Assembly: GCA_903844685.1 (NCBI GenBank)
Contig: CAIMUM010000063.1
Coordinates: 1 to 62,201, forward strand
Source: an uncultured Dehalococcoidia bacterium
GTDB lineage: Bacteria; Chloroflexota; Dehalococcoidia; GIF9; UBA5629
DNA: 62,201 nt
Direction: 5' to 3'
Below, one piece after another: positions 53,534 to 62,201 of the stretch (its first letter is position 1; every line of letters starts with the position of its first letter). A program made the translations under genes and the position numbers. Under the pieces are notes generated by a model. That model was not told where the DNA came from, searched no databases, and saw nothing but the letters and a program-made list of their open reading frames with translations.

Positions 53534-54541
53534 ATGCGCATAGCAGAAATAGGCGAGTTCGGACTTATCTCGAAAATAGCCTCACTTATCGATGCTGAGG
53601 GCGACAGGCAGTCACCCGCCCGCAGGGATTTGCTGCTGGGCATCGGCGATGATGCGGCTGCTTGGAAGAGCCCCGGGGGAATCGAGCTTATCACTACCGA
53701 TATACTGGTGGAAGACGTGCATTTCGATTTCTCTTATACAGGCTGGAAAGATTTAGGCTGGAAATCCATGGCCATCAATATCAGCGATATAAACTCCATG
53801 GGCGGCAGGCCGCGCTATGCCCTGGCTTCACTGGCGCTGCCCGGCCGCCGCGAGGCCGAAGACGTGCTGGACCTGTACCGGGGGATACTTGAGATATCCA
53901 ACAAATACGGCGTAGCCGTGGCTGGAGGCAATATCTCTGCCGCGGACAAGGTCGTTATCAACATCACCTTAACGGGGATAGCCGGAGGGGACATGCTGAC
54001 CCGCACCTCGGCACAACCCGGCGACCTGGTAGCAATATTCGGTTTCCCCGGCCTGTCGGCAGCCGGCCATAAGGCGCTCTCGCAGTTTATCAACCTGGAT
54101 GCCGAAGCGCTGCAGCTGTTTAAAAACGCCCATCTGCGGCCGGCGCCGGATTTTAACAGCGGCCCGTTGCTGGCAGACCTTGGTGTCAGAACGGCCATCG
54201 ATATCAGCGACGGGCTGGCGGCCGACCTGGCCCATATCTGCGTGGCCAGTGGAGTAGCGGCCACATTGCACACGGGTAAATTGCCCGTCCATCCTCTGCT
54301 GATAAAATATTTTGGACGCGACAGCCTCAGGATATCACTGGCCGGCGGCGAAGATTACGAACTGTTGTTCACAGCTACACCGGAAGTGATGAAAAAGGTC
54401 AACGCCTCATTCGATCCGGCTCCCGCCATTATCGGAGAGATAACAGCTGGTAAACCGCACGCGGTATCATTGCTTGACGAGGGGGGAAACCCTGTCCACA
54501 TCGATTTCGGCGGCTGGGACCATTACAAGCACCCAGATTAA
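53534..54541 (+). CDS. thiL: Thiamine-monophosphate kinase
   Basis: Reads GEFGLI..GIGDDAA..TDILVEDVHF..GGNIS. Confidence 0.85.
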   Translation: MRIAEIGEFGLISKIASLIDAEGDRQSPARRDLLLGIGDDAAAWKSPGGIELITTDILVEDVHFDFSYTGWKDLGWKSMAINISDINSMGGRPRYALASLALPGRREAEDVLDLYRGILEISNKYGVAVAGGNISAADKVVINITLTGIAGGDMLTRTSAQPGDLVAIFGFPGLSAAGHKALSQFINLDAEALQLFKNAHLRPAPDFNSGPLLADLGVRTAIDISDGLAADLAHICVASGVAATLHTGKLPVHPLLIKYFGRDSLRISLAGGEDYELLFTATPEVMKKVNASFDPAPAIIGEITAGKPHAVSLLDEGGNPVHIDFGGWDHYKHPD

Positions 54542-54549
54542 CTAAGGAC

Positions 54550-55050
54550 ATGGCTCATTTGACCGTCACCACGCACAGCCCGGAGCAAACCCGCAGGCTT
54601 GGCCGCTTCATCGGCGGATTGGCGCAGGGCAACGACCTTTACCTGCTGAAAGGAAACCTCGGGACGGGCAAGACCCACCTGGTGCAGGGCATTGCCTTCG
54701 GGTTGGGCATCCGGGAATACGCCTGCAGCCCTTCATACATGATAGCGCGTGAATACCATGGCCGCCTGGCGCTTTATCATCTCGACTTATACCGGCTCGA
54801 CCATATCGAGGAGATAACCGACCTCGGCCTGGACGAATATTTCCGCGCTGACGCGGTCTGCGCCATCGAATGGGCGGAGAAGGGCAGCGGAGTGTTGCCG
54901 CAGGATAACCTTACTATCGAACTTCAGCACCTGCCCGGCGATGTCAGGGAAATCAACTTCCTGCCGCGTGGAATTCGCTATGATAACCTGGCCACGGCAA
55001 TTATGAACGCACTGGCACAGGATAGAGAGATAACATGGAAATTAGCATAG
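54550..55050 (+). CDS. tsaE: tRNA t6A37 biosynthesis ATPase TsaE
   Basis: Reads LKGNLGTGKTHLVQGIA..HLDLYRL. Confidence 0.85.
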   Translation: MAHLTVTTHSPEQTRRLGRFIGGLAQGNDLYLLKGNLGTGKTHLVQGIAFGLGIREYACSPSYMIAREYHGRLALYHLDLYRLDHIEEITDLGLDEYFRADAVCAIEWAEKGSGVLPQDNLTIELQHLPGDVREINFLPRGIRYDNLATAIMNALAQDREITWKLA

Positions 55051-55715
55051 ATACTTCTACGGCCTGGGGTGGGACTGCCCTGTCACAGGACGGGAACCTG
55101 CTGGCGGAACTTACCTGGCGGCCCGGGCAGAACCATATCTCGGAGCTCTTCCCGAATATCGAGCGCCTGCTGCAGACGGCAAAATCGGAGATCAAATCTC
55201 TATCTGCCGTGTTCGTAGCCATCGGCCCGGGCAGCTTTAACGGGCTGCGCGCAGGCATCAGCGCAGCCAAGGGTCTGGCCTTCTCCCTGAAAATACCACT
55301 GGTGGGCATAAGCACATTCGAGGCGGAAGCATTGCCTTTCGCCTTTAGCGGGCTGCCGCTTTGCCCCATCCACGACGCCGGCAGGGGTGAAATAGCCGCC
55401 GCACTTTACCGCCATACCGGCAGATGGCAACGGCTAAAGGAGGAATATCTCACTACCGTTGAATCATTATGCGCAGAGATCAGCACGAAGACCCTATTTT
55501 GCGGCGAGATACCGCCGGCAGCGGTTGACCAGATCCTCACCTCGCTGGGGGAAAATGCAGTGATTCCCGGGTGGGAGCAGCGCCTCAGGAGGCCGGGGTA
55601 TATTGCCTATCTTGGCTGGCAGCGGCTGAAATCCGGTGAGGCAGACAGCATAGCCACGCTGCAGCCCATTTACCTGAGACAGCCTCCTATAACACAGCGT
55701 AAAAAGAAATACTGA
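55035..55715 (+). CDS. tsaB: tRNA t6A37 biosynthesis protein TsaB
   Basis: Reads ISIDTST...GPGSFNGLRAGISAAKGLA. It overlaps tsaE. Confidence 0.85.
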   Translation: MEISIDTSTAWGGTALSQDGNLLAELTWRPGQNHISELFPNIERLLQTAKSEIKSLSAVFVAIGPGSFNGLRAGISAAKGLAFSLKIPLVGISTFEAEALPFAFSGLPLCPIHDAGRGEIAAALYRHTGRWQRLKEEYLTTVESLCAEISTKTLFCGEIPPAAVDQILTSLGENAVIPGWEQRLRRPGYIAYLGWQRLKSGEADSIATLQPIYLRQPPITQRKKKY

Positions 55716-56235
55716 TATTCATTGCCTGTAAATTTGCCCCGGTCATATGTAGCAGCGAAGATATAATCGAACCAAAAGTAGACATAAGCCAGTTCAACGC
55801 ATTGGAGGCCGCCAGCAAATCACTCAGCCAGTTCAGCACCGGGTAAATATCAAAGAGTGTCACCATCAGCACCAGTCCCAGCGCCGTCTTCAGCAGGCCG
55901 AAAATACCACCCAGCACATTCCACATAAACCCGCCATTCCAGACCTTATCCAGCAGGTTGCGCGGCAATAAAAAAACCAGATAGAGGATTACCAGTATTA
56001 TGCCCATGGTCACCAAGAAGGTGAAAAAGGCACGCCATAAATGGTCCGGGGTAAAACTCATCCATGCCCAAACATAAGCCGTAAAGGCCCCGGTAAGAGA
56101 CAGCGCGACGATAAAGGCCAGCAACCCGAAGAATTCCTTAACGGCGCCCTCTTTCAAGCCGCCTATCAAGCTGAAAAACAGGACTAAGGCAACTATGAGG
56201 TCGATGATGACGCCGGCGTAAGTTGGGACTGCCAT
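55687..56235 (-). CDS. cvpA: CvpA-family membrane protein
   Basis: Four TM helices. The N-terminus reads IIDLIVALVLFFSLIGGLKEGAVKEFFGLLAFIVAL. Confidence 0.65.
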   Translation of the reverse strand: MAVPTYAGVIIDLIVALVLFFSLIGGLKEGAVKEFFGLLAFIVALSLTGAFTAYVWAWMSFTPDHLWRAFFTFLVTMGIILVILYLVFLLPRNLLDKVWNGGFMWNVLGGIFGLLKTALGLVLMVTLFDIYPVLNWLSDLLAASNALNWLMSTFGSIISSLLHMTGANLQAMNISISFYAVL

Positions 56236-56438
56236 ATGCTAAATCCCCCTGCTAAATCAAAACATATTTTATAGGATCGAACGGGCAAGGACAATTCCCC
56301 TGTATTCAATATCCCGTCGTTTACTGATCAAGAACCGGCGCCGGCGTCCCCTCCTGTGCCGGAACACCTGAAAATGGCAAATTGCCCGGTTTACCGTTAG
56401 AATTAGTACCCGTAGACTACTAAATAAATGGAGTTGAA

Positions 56439-56891
56439 ATGGAAAGGACCCTTATATTAGTTAAACCCGACGGCGTACAGAGATGCATAGCCGGGGAAAT
56501 CCTCTCCCGCCTGGAAAGGCGAGGCCTCAAAATTGCCGGGCTTAAAATGCTGCAGATGGACAGGGCGCTGGCAGAAAAGCACTATGCCATGCACAAGGAA
56601 AAGCCCTTCTTCAACGATCTGGTCAAATTCATCACCTCCGGGCCCATCATCGCCGCCGTATTGGAAGGTGAGAATGCCATCGAATCGACCAGGCAGACCA
56701 TGGGAGCCACCGATCCCAAGAAAGCTGCCCCGGGCACCATCAGAGCCGACCTCGGCATCAATATGGAGCACAACCTGATACATGGGTCGGACTCACCCGA
56801 GAATGCCGAAAAGGAGATCGGTATTTTCTTCACACCCGGGGAGGTTCTGACCTATAGCAGGGATATCGACAGGTGGCTCACTGGATCGTAA
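56439..56891 (+). CDS. ndk: Nucleoside-diphosphate kinase
   Basis: Reads ERTLILVKPDGVQR..NLIHGSDS. Confidence 0.95.
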   Translation: MERTLILVKPDGVQRCIAGEILSRLERRGLKIAGLKMLQMDRALAEKHYAMHKEKPFFNDLVKFITSGPIIAAVLEGENAIESTRQTMGATDPKKAAPGTIRADLGINMEHNLIHGSDSPENAEKEIGIFFTPGEVLTYSRDIDRWLTGS

Positions 56892-57207
56892 GCAATCTGA
56901 GAGCCTTCTCGTACACGTTTTCCAGGCTGTAGAAGCCCCTCAATTCCTTGGAAAAGATGTGTATGACCACGCCCGCGTAATCCAGTAGTATCCACCCTGA
57001 ATCCGCATCGCCTTCGCTGTGAAAAGGTATAGCAGACTCTTTCTTAAGGGAATTTAATATCTCGCGGTGGATGGCGTCCACCTGCCGGTCGCTATCGCCG
57101 CTGCAGATGACTATGTAATCGGTAAAGGAACATGCCTGCCGCGCGTCAAGCAACACCACTTCTTCGGCCTGCTTATCAGAGGCCAGTTCAACAGCCCGGC
57201 GGGCCAA
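56878..57207 (-). CDS. rsfS: Ribosome silencing factor
   Basis: Reads DYIVICSGDSDRQVDAI..WILLDYAGVVIHIF. Only TTG or CTG starts are available after the upstream in-frame stop. Confidence 0.8.
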   Translation of the reverse strand: MARRAVELASDKQAEEVVLLDARQACSFTDYIVICSGDSDRQVDAIHREILNSLKKESAIPFHSEGDADSGWILLDYAGVVIHIFSKELRGFYSLENVYEKALRLLTIQ

Positions 57208-57371
57208 CTTTAACGGCTCCAGTTCATGCTCCTCAGATTTATTCCTGCTCTATGGCTATTTCCAGCTTTCTTCAACTTAAATTATAGCATACCCCCTAAA
57301 ACACACTGCAATTTAAGCCTGTACATCAACGAGTAACAGGATGACTGCGCCCATGCGCTTGGGCTTCAGGG

Positions 57372-57408
57372 AATGTCATTTTGACATTTTCGTATATTTT
57401 GTCATAAT
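57372..57408 (+). promoter_or_regulatory. marR promoter with an overlapping palindromic operator
   Basis: TTGACA (57381-86), a 16-nt spacer, then CATAAT (57403-08) with an upstream TG. The palindrome AATGTCA-TTT-TGACATT (57372-57388) covers the -35 element. Confidence 0.55.
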
Positions 57409-57529
57409 TATTTTAGACGTAATGTCTTGATCAACTATATTCAGCGCTGGTATGAAAGCAAAAGCGTGACATATCGGCTATTGATAATCGTCAACATAAT
57501 GAATTAAATTACCCGGGAGGCAAACTTAT

Positions 57530-58003
57530 ATGGCACTACAGATCAAGGCTGATAAAGATTACACGCTATTAACACAACTTCTGCAGGTCGCAGACATTTT
57601 CGTCAAAGTCAGGGAAAGGGAGCTTCTGCCCCAAAACCTGTCGGCCACCTCCGCTGCCATCCTCTTTTTAGTCGAGGCGATGGGCAAGGACGTCACTCCG
57701 GCCAAGATCTCGCGCATGCTCCTGCGCGAGCCGCACTCCGTATCCGGTATCTTGATGCGCATGGAGAAGCAGGGCCTCCTTAAGAGGACCAAGAACATGG
57801 AGCGCAAGAACCTCATCCGCATCACCCTGACCGCCAAGGGTGAGAGCGCCCTCAAACAGGCTATGAAGAAGGAGGGTGTAAAGCACGTCCTCTCGAAACT
57901 CAGCGAAGAACAGCGCAGGCAGCTCAAGCAGTCCCTGCTCGCCCTCAAAGAGGCAGGCATGAAGGAACTGCACCTCAGCCCCAAAGCTCTCCCCTGGCCC
58001 TAA
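57530..58003 (+). CDS. MarR-family transcriptional regulator
   Basis: 157 aa with a winged HTH, ISRMLLREPHSVSGILMRMEKQGLLKR. GGGAGG lies upstream. Confidence 0.8.
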   Translation: MALQIKADKDYTLLTQLLQVADIFVKVRERELLPQNLSATSAAILFLVEAMGKDVTPAKISRMLLREPHSVSGILMRMEKQGLLKRTKNMERKNLIRITLTAKGESALKQAMKKEGVKHVLSKLSEEQRRQLKQSLLALKEAGMKELHLSPKALPWP

Positions 58004-58023
58004 AGCATAGAAATTTAAATTGC

Positions 58024-58074
58024 GGGCGCCGGCAGAGCATAGGCCCTGCCGGCGCCCCTCCCCCTCTTGTTTTC
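58024..58074 (+). terminator. Probable terminator after marR
   Basis: A 12-bp GC stem, gggcgccggcag / ctgccggcgccc. The T-tract (cttgttttc) is displaced by 8 nt. Confidence 0.45.
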
Positions 58075-58179
58075 TCCGGCAGTCGTCTCCTTTACGGAGC
58101 GGTTCCTATACGTCTATTTCTTTATCATCATGGTTCCATTTGCTATAATTCTTCCAGTATTTTGTAATGAAGGTAATTA

Positions 58180-60024
58180 ATGAAAGCACGTTGGTGGCAA
58201 GGTAGCCTTCTCTACCTACTTATACTTGTAGCATTGCTGGCGCTGGCGTTCAGCTTCTTCCCGGTCAACAAGGGCCCCAAGGAAGTTGATTTTTACTCGT
58301 TTATCGATAGTGCCAAGGGCGGACAGATCGACAGCATCCAGCAGGACGGAAACACGATTATCGGCGTTAAGGACGACAAGCCGGTAGTTAAAGCTTCATT
58401 CATAGGCGGTACCAAGGACCTGATGGATAGCCTTAGGGATGCCGGCGTCAAGCTCGGCGCTGATGGGATAAAGTTCGAAGTGAAGACCGGCGGCATCGAC
58501 TGGGGCAACCTCATGCTCAGTTTCCTGCCGCTGGTGCTTTTCGGCGCCCTGCTTTTCTTTTTATTCCGCTCCGCCCGCGGGGCCAATACGCAGGCTTTCA
58601 ATTTCGGCAAGAGCCGTGCACGCTTAGCCTCCGGCGATAAGCCGACCGTTACCTTTGCCGATGTGGCCGGCATCGACGAGTCCAAGGGTGAGTTGCAGGA
58701 GTTAGTGGAATTCCTCAAGTCCCCGCAGAAATTCCTCGCCCTGGGCGCGCGCATACCGCGCGGCCTGCTGCTGGTCGGACCGCCGGGCTGCGGCAAAACA
58801 CTGATTGCCAAGGCCACCGCCGGCGAGGCCGGCGTGCCTTTTTTCTCCATCAGCGGCAGTGAGTTCGTCGAGATGTTCGTCGGTGTAGGCGCCTCGCGTG
58901 TACGTGACCTCTTTGACCAGGCCAAGCGCAATGCTCCCTGCATCGTCTTCGTGGACGAGATCGATGCAGTCGGCCGCCACCGCGGCGCCGGCCTGGGCGG
59001 CGGGCATGACGAGCGGGAGCAGACTTTGAACCAGATACTGGTGGAGATGGATGGCTTCGACAGCAACACCAATGTAATCGTGCTGGCCGCTACCAACCGG
59101 CCGGATATCCTCGATCCTGCACTGCTCAGGCCGGGCAGGTTCGACCGCCATATCGTCATCGACCAGCCTGATATCAACGGCCGCAAGGCTATTTTAGACG
59201 TTCACGCCAAGGGCAAGCCGATGTCCAGTGAAGCCAACCTCGATGTCATCGCCCGCCAGACGCCCGGTTTCAGCGGGGCGGACCTGGCCAACCTGATAAA
59301 TGAAGGCGCCATACTGGCTGCCCGCCGCAGCCGCAAGGACATCGGCCAGAAAGAGCTCGAGGACTCCATCGACCGCGTCATAGCCGGCCCTGAGAAAAAA
59401 GGCCGTGTCATCACCAAGAACGAAAAGGAATGGATCGCCTATCACGAAACGGGGCACGCCCTGGCGGCCAAAATGCTGCCCAATGCCGATCCCGTACATA
59501 AGATTTCAATCGTAGCCAGGGGTATGATGGGAGGCTGGACCAAGTTCCTGCCCACTGAGGAGCGCCACCTCGAAACTTACGAGCGCTTCAAGGATGAGAT
59601 GATTATCGGCCTGGCCGGCCGTGCTGCGGAGCAGGTTGTCTTCGGCGAGCTGACTAGCGGAGCACAGAATGACCTGGAGAGGGTTACCAAGATCGCCCGC
59701 CGCATGATAATGGAGTTAGGCATGAGCCAGAAGCTCGGCCCACGCACCTTCGGAAAGAGGGAGGAACTGGTCTTCCTGGGCAAGGAGATCCACGAGCAGC
59801 AGAACTACAGTGATAAAATCGCCGAGGAGATAGACGCGGAAGTGGAGGAGCTGGTCAAGGAAGCTTTCTCAAAGGCTACCGTGATAATGACTGAAAATAA
59901 GCCGCGCTTGAAATACGTGGCCGATTACCTGATCGAAAAAGAGACTATCGATGATTCCACTTTTGAGAAGCTGCTGAATGACCCGCTGCCCGCCCCCGGC
60001 CTGGAAGCCGCGCCGGCCTCCTGA
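58180..60024 (+). CDS. ftsH: ATP-dependent zinc metalloprotease FtsH
   Basis: Reads [20 protein letters not shown] and HETGHAL, with an N-terminal TM pair. Confidence 0.95.
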   Translation: MKARWWQGSLLYLLILVALLALAFSFFPVNKGPKEVDFYSFIDSAKGGQIDSIQQDGNTIIGVKDDKPVVKASFIGGTKDLMDSLRDAGVKLGADGIKFEVKTGGIDWGNLMLSFLPLVLFGALLFFLFRSARGANTQAFNFGKSRARLASGDKPTVTFADVAGIDESKGELQELVEFLKSPQKFLALGARIPRGLLLVGPPGCGKTLIAKATAGEAGVPFFSISGSEFVEMFVGVGASRVRDLFDQAKRNAPCIVFVDEIDAVGRHRGAGLGGGHDEREQTLNQILVEMDGFDSNTNVIVLAATNRPDILDPALLRPGRFDRHIVIDQPDINGRKAILDVHAKGKPMSSEANLDVIARQTPGFSGADLANLINEGAILAARRSRKDIGQKELEDSIDRVIAGPEKKGRVITKNEKEWIAYHETGHALAAKMLPNADPVHKISIVARGMMGGWTKFLPTEERHLETYERFKDEMIIGLAGRAAEQVVFGELTSGAQNDLERVTKIARRMIMELGMSQKLGPRTFGKREELVFLGKEIHEQQNYSDKIAEEIDAEVEELVKEAFSKATVIMTENKPRLKYVADYLIEKETIDDSTFEKLLNDPLPAPGLEAAPAS

Positions 60025-60030
60025 TAACGT

Positions 60031-60993
60031 TTATTTATTCCGCTCGATAACGAATTCAACCAGCGCCCTGAGCGACTGGCGCGCATCACAATCAGGCAGT
60101 TTTTCCAGCGAATTGCTGGCTTTCTGGTAGAACCCCCGCGCTATCTGCCTGCATTCGTCGATGACCGTGGTGGCCAGTATTTTCTCCAATGCCTGCGGCA
60201 CCATTGCTTTCTCATGTTCCAGGATAATGCGTTCAATTATCTTATCTTGCGGGAATTTTTCAGCGTAAAGGATAGAGGGCAGGGTAGCGGTGCCCTCCAT
60301 CAGGTCGGAACCCACCGGTTTACCCAGGGTGGCAGGATCGCCAACGAAATCAAGTATATCGTCGATGATCTGGAAAGCCAGCCCGAAATTCTGCGCATAG
60401 TCCTTGAGCGCCTGCACCTGCTCCTCCGGGCACCCGCTCAAGACCGAAGCGCACTCCGCTGCCATGACAAACAGGCAGGCCGTCTTATCGCTTATCCACT
60501 TGTAATAATTCTCCCTGGCGCTCCGCACGTCAAAGCGGCTGCTCCCCTCCCGCAGTTCCCCACCTGATATGATCATCAGCGTTTCGGTAAAGCGCCTTAT
60601 GACCCGCATATTCTCGATTGTCGCCGCCAGGCTGCCCGCCCTCGAGAACAGGTAATCGCCCAGCAAAAGTGCGCTGGTTGAACCCCAGGTTCGGTAGACC
60701 GCAGGCTTGCCATGCCTCATATCGGCATTATCAATGATATCGTCGTGGACCAGGGTACCGATGTGCAGCACCTCAACGGCCGTTGCTATCGGCACCAGTA
60801 ACTCCAGGTCATAATTGTAGAATTTGCCGCAAAGCAGGGTCAGCGCCGGCCTGACACGCTTGCCTACGTTAAGCAGTGCATACTCCAGCAGCTGCGAAAG
60901 AAGCGGTATATCGTTCCTGGCTATCTCCGCCAGTTTAGCCTCCACCAGCACCAGGTCCGGCTTTACCGGGGCATAAATCTGATCGAGCTTCAT
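60031..60993 (-). CDS. Long-chain polyprenyl diphosphate synthase
   Basis: Reads LVHDDIIDNADMRHG and FQIIDDILDF. Confidence 0.85.
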   Translation of the reverse strand: MKLDQIYAPVKPDLVLVEAKLAEIARNDIPLLSQLLEYALLNVGKRVRPALTLLCGKFYNYDLELLVPIATAVEVLHIGTLVHDDIIDNADMRHGKPAVYRTWGSTSALLLGDYLFSRAGSLAATIENMRVIRRFTETLMIISGGELREGSSRFDVRSARENYYKWISDKTACLFVMAAECASVLSGCPEEQVQALKDYAQNFGLAFQIIDDILDFVGDPATLGKPVGSDLMEGTATLPSILYAEKFPQDKIIERIILEHEKAMVPQALEKILATTVIDECRQIARGFYQKASNSLEKLPDCDARQSLRALVEFVIERNK

Positions 60994-62201
60994 GCCTGGG
61001 CCACGCTCCCCAACTGCGCCATCTCCTCCGCTACGATCTTATCTTCAAGCTTAACAAAGAGCGCCTGCGGCTGCGGCAGCCTGCGGCCCGCCGGCGGCAA
61101 TTGGAACTCCCACCCGGCATCGCGTACATCGCCTTCAAAGCCCAGGAAATTGTGCAGCCGCTGGGAAGTAAAGGGAAGGAACGGGTAGAGCATCGTCTTG
61201 AGCGCCGATATCGCGCTTATGGCCGTGTACACGGACCTTCCTGCCGCCTGCCGGTCCTGTTTTAGCATCTTCCACGGGGCAGTGTTGTCAAGGTAGCGGT
61301 TGGCATCCTGTGCCAACGCCATGGCGGCCTTAAGCGCCTCCTTGAAGTGGCAGCGGTACAGCTGACGGTCAACCTCCACCAGCGTCTTGCGGGCCTTTTC
61401 AAGGAGGTTTTTACTTACGTCGTCCAGCTCGCCCGGGTCGGGTACCGCCGCGTCGAAATTGCGGTTGGTGAAAGACAGCACCCTGTTAACCAGGTTGCCG
61501 TAGGTAGCCACCAGTTCGTCGTTATTCTTGCGCAGGAATTCATGCCACGAGAAGTCCATATCTCCGGTTTCCGGCATGCTGATTGAGAGGTAATAGCGCA
61601 GCGGGTCGGGGTCGTATCGCTGCAGATAATCGGGCAACCATACCGCCCAGTTGCGGCTGGTGGACAATTTCTTGCCCTCTACGGTGAGGAACTCATTGGC
61701 CGGCACGTCGTAGGGCAGGTTCAACCCACCGTAGCCCATCAGCATGGCAGGCCAGATGATAGTATGGAACGGTATGTTGTCCTTGCCGATAAAATAATAG
61801 GACTTGCTTTCACCCGTCCAGAATTGCCGCCAGTCGTCATCCCGACCCTGCAGCCTGGCCCACTCCTTGCTGGCGGAAAGGTAGCCGATAACAGCTTCGA
61901 ACCACACGTAAATACGCTTTTTCTCGAACCCCGGTTGCGGTACGGAGACACCCCACTCGATATCGCGCGTAATCGCCCTGTCCTTCAGTCCACCCTCCAG
62001 GAATCCCAGGGTGAATTTTTGTACATTCTGTCGCCAGAATGTCTTGTCCTCCACCCATTTCCTGAGCTGTTCCTCGAAGGCGCTCAGCTTGAGGAAGTAA
62101 TGTTCCGAGTTCTCGAATATTGGGGTTGACGAGCAGGTGCGGCAGCGTACGTCTATCAGGTCGCTGGGGTTTAAAGTCCGGCCGCAATTGTCACACTGAT
62201 C
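60990..62201 (-). CDS. metG: Methionine--tRNA ligase (the N-terminus lies beyond the right window edge)
   Basis: The frame stays open to nt 62201. The zinc knuckle reads DQCDNCGRT..CRTC, and the KMSKS-equivalent is GKKLSTSRN. The ORF track lists only the part from the first internal Met (62054). Confidence 0.9.
   Translation of the reverse strand, partial: DQCDNCGRTLNPSDLIDVRCRTCSSTPIFENSEHYFLKLSAFEEQLRKWVEDKTFWRQNVQKFTLGFLEGGLKDRAITRDIEWGVSVPQPGFEKKRIYVWFEAVIGYLSASKEWARLQGRDDDWRQFWTGESKSYYFIGKDNIPFHTIIWPAMLMGYGGLNLPYDVPANEFLTVEGKKLSTSRNWAVWLPDYLQRYDPDPLRYYLSISMPETGDMDFSWHEFLRKNNDELVATYGNLVNRVLSFTNRNFDAAVPDPGELDDVSKNLLEKARKTLVEVDRQLYRCHFKEALKAAMALAQDANRYLDNTAPWKMLKQDRQAAGRSVYTAISAISALKTMLYPFLPFTSQRLHNFLGFEGDVRDAGWEFQLPPAGRRLPQPQALFVKLEDKIVAEEMAQLGSVAQA

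Noticed and set aside
58293-59186. 297-aa minus-strand ORF inside ftsH
   Set aside because: It is antisense to FtsH and its translation is Ser/Pro/Arg-rich, typical of an antisense frame.
1-62201. CRISPR arrays, tRNA/rRNA genes, and intact IS or prophage or defence-system genes
   Set aside because: I saw no regularly spaced short direct repeats, no cloverleaf-like segments in the intergenic gaps I read, and no intact transposase, integrase or recognisable defence genes. Only two transposase-tail scars were found.

Overview
This is a 62.2-kb chromosomal window of moderately high GC. I found about 58 protein genes, one long-form SRP RNA, one cobalamin riboswitch and IS remnants, and no rRNA, tRNA or CRISPR array. 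Lipobox substrate-binding proteins, surface proteins anchored by a C-terminal TM helix, a Bacillus-type SRP RNA and the hdr/metF content suggest an anaerobic monoderm, possibly Chloroflexota/Dehalococcoidia-like. That taxonomic call is inference only.

- **1-9 kb:** an accessory cell-surface island with three modular DUF3494 (ice-binding-like) paralogues. It carries transposase-tail scars and a duplicated copy of the 3' end of the neighbouring RNase II gene.
- **9-16 kb:** an RNase II-family gene, mgtA and a PAS histidine kinase/OmpR regulator pair.
- **16.2-31.4 kb (best candidate for an undescribed system):** eleven tightly packed same-strand genes. A Moorella-type methylene-THF reductase set (metF, metV, hdrCBA, two mvhD) is interleaved with a complete split glutamate-synthase module set. 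The set comprises an amidotransferase-GXGXG fusion, a ferredoxin-FMN subunit, a degenerate paralogue, and a GltD/NfnB-like module inserted inside a 1496-aa double HdrA. An archaeal-type NrpR nitrogen-regulator homologue with a perfect consensus promoter sits at the head.
- **35.3-39.4 kb:** a cobalamin riboswitch with a terminator controls an orphan BtuF-like lipoprotein and a 952-aa Asp-box propeller protein.
- **41.4-45.7 kb:** a trxA-ccdA cluster with three TlpA-like proteins, including an unusual 604-aa protein with two Trx folds and two FN3-like domains.
- **Remainder:** housekeeping genes (cysE, cca, ispE, rsmA, thiL, tsaEB, ndk, rsfS, ftsH, metG and others).

All functional calls rest on motifs I recognise in the translations. 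No database search was possible.
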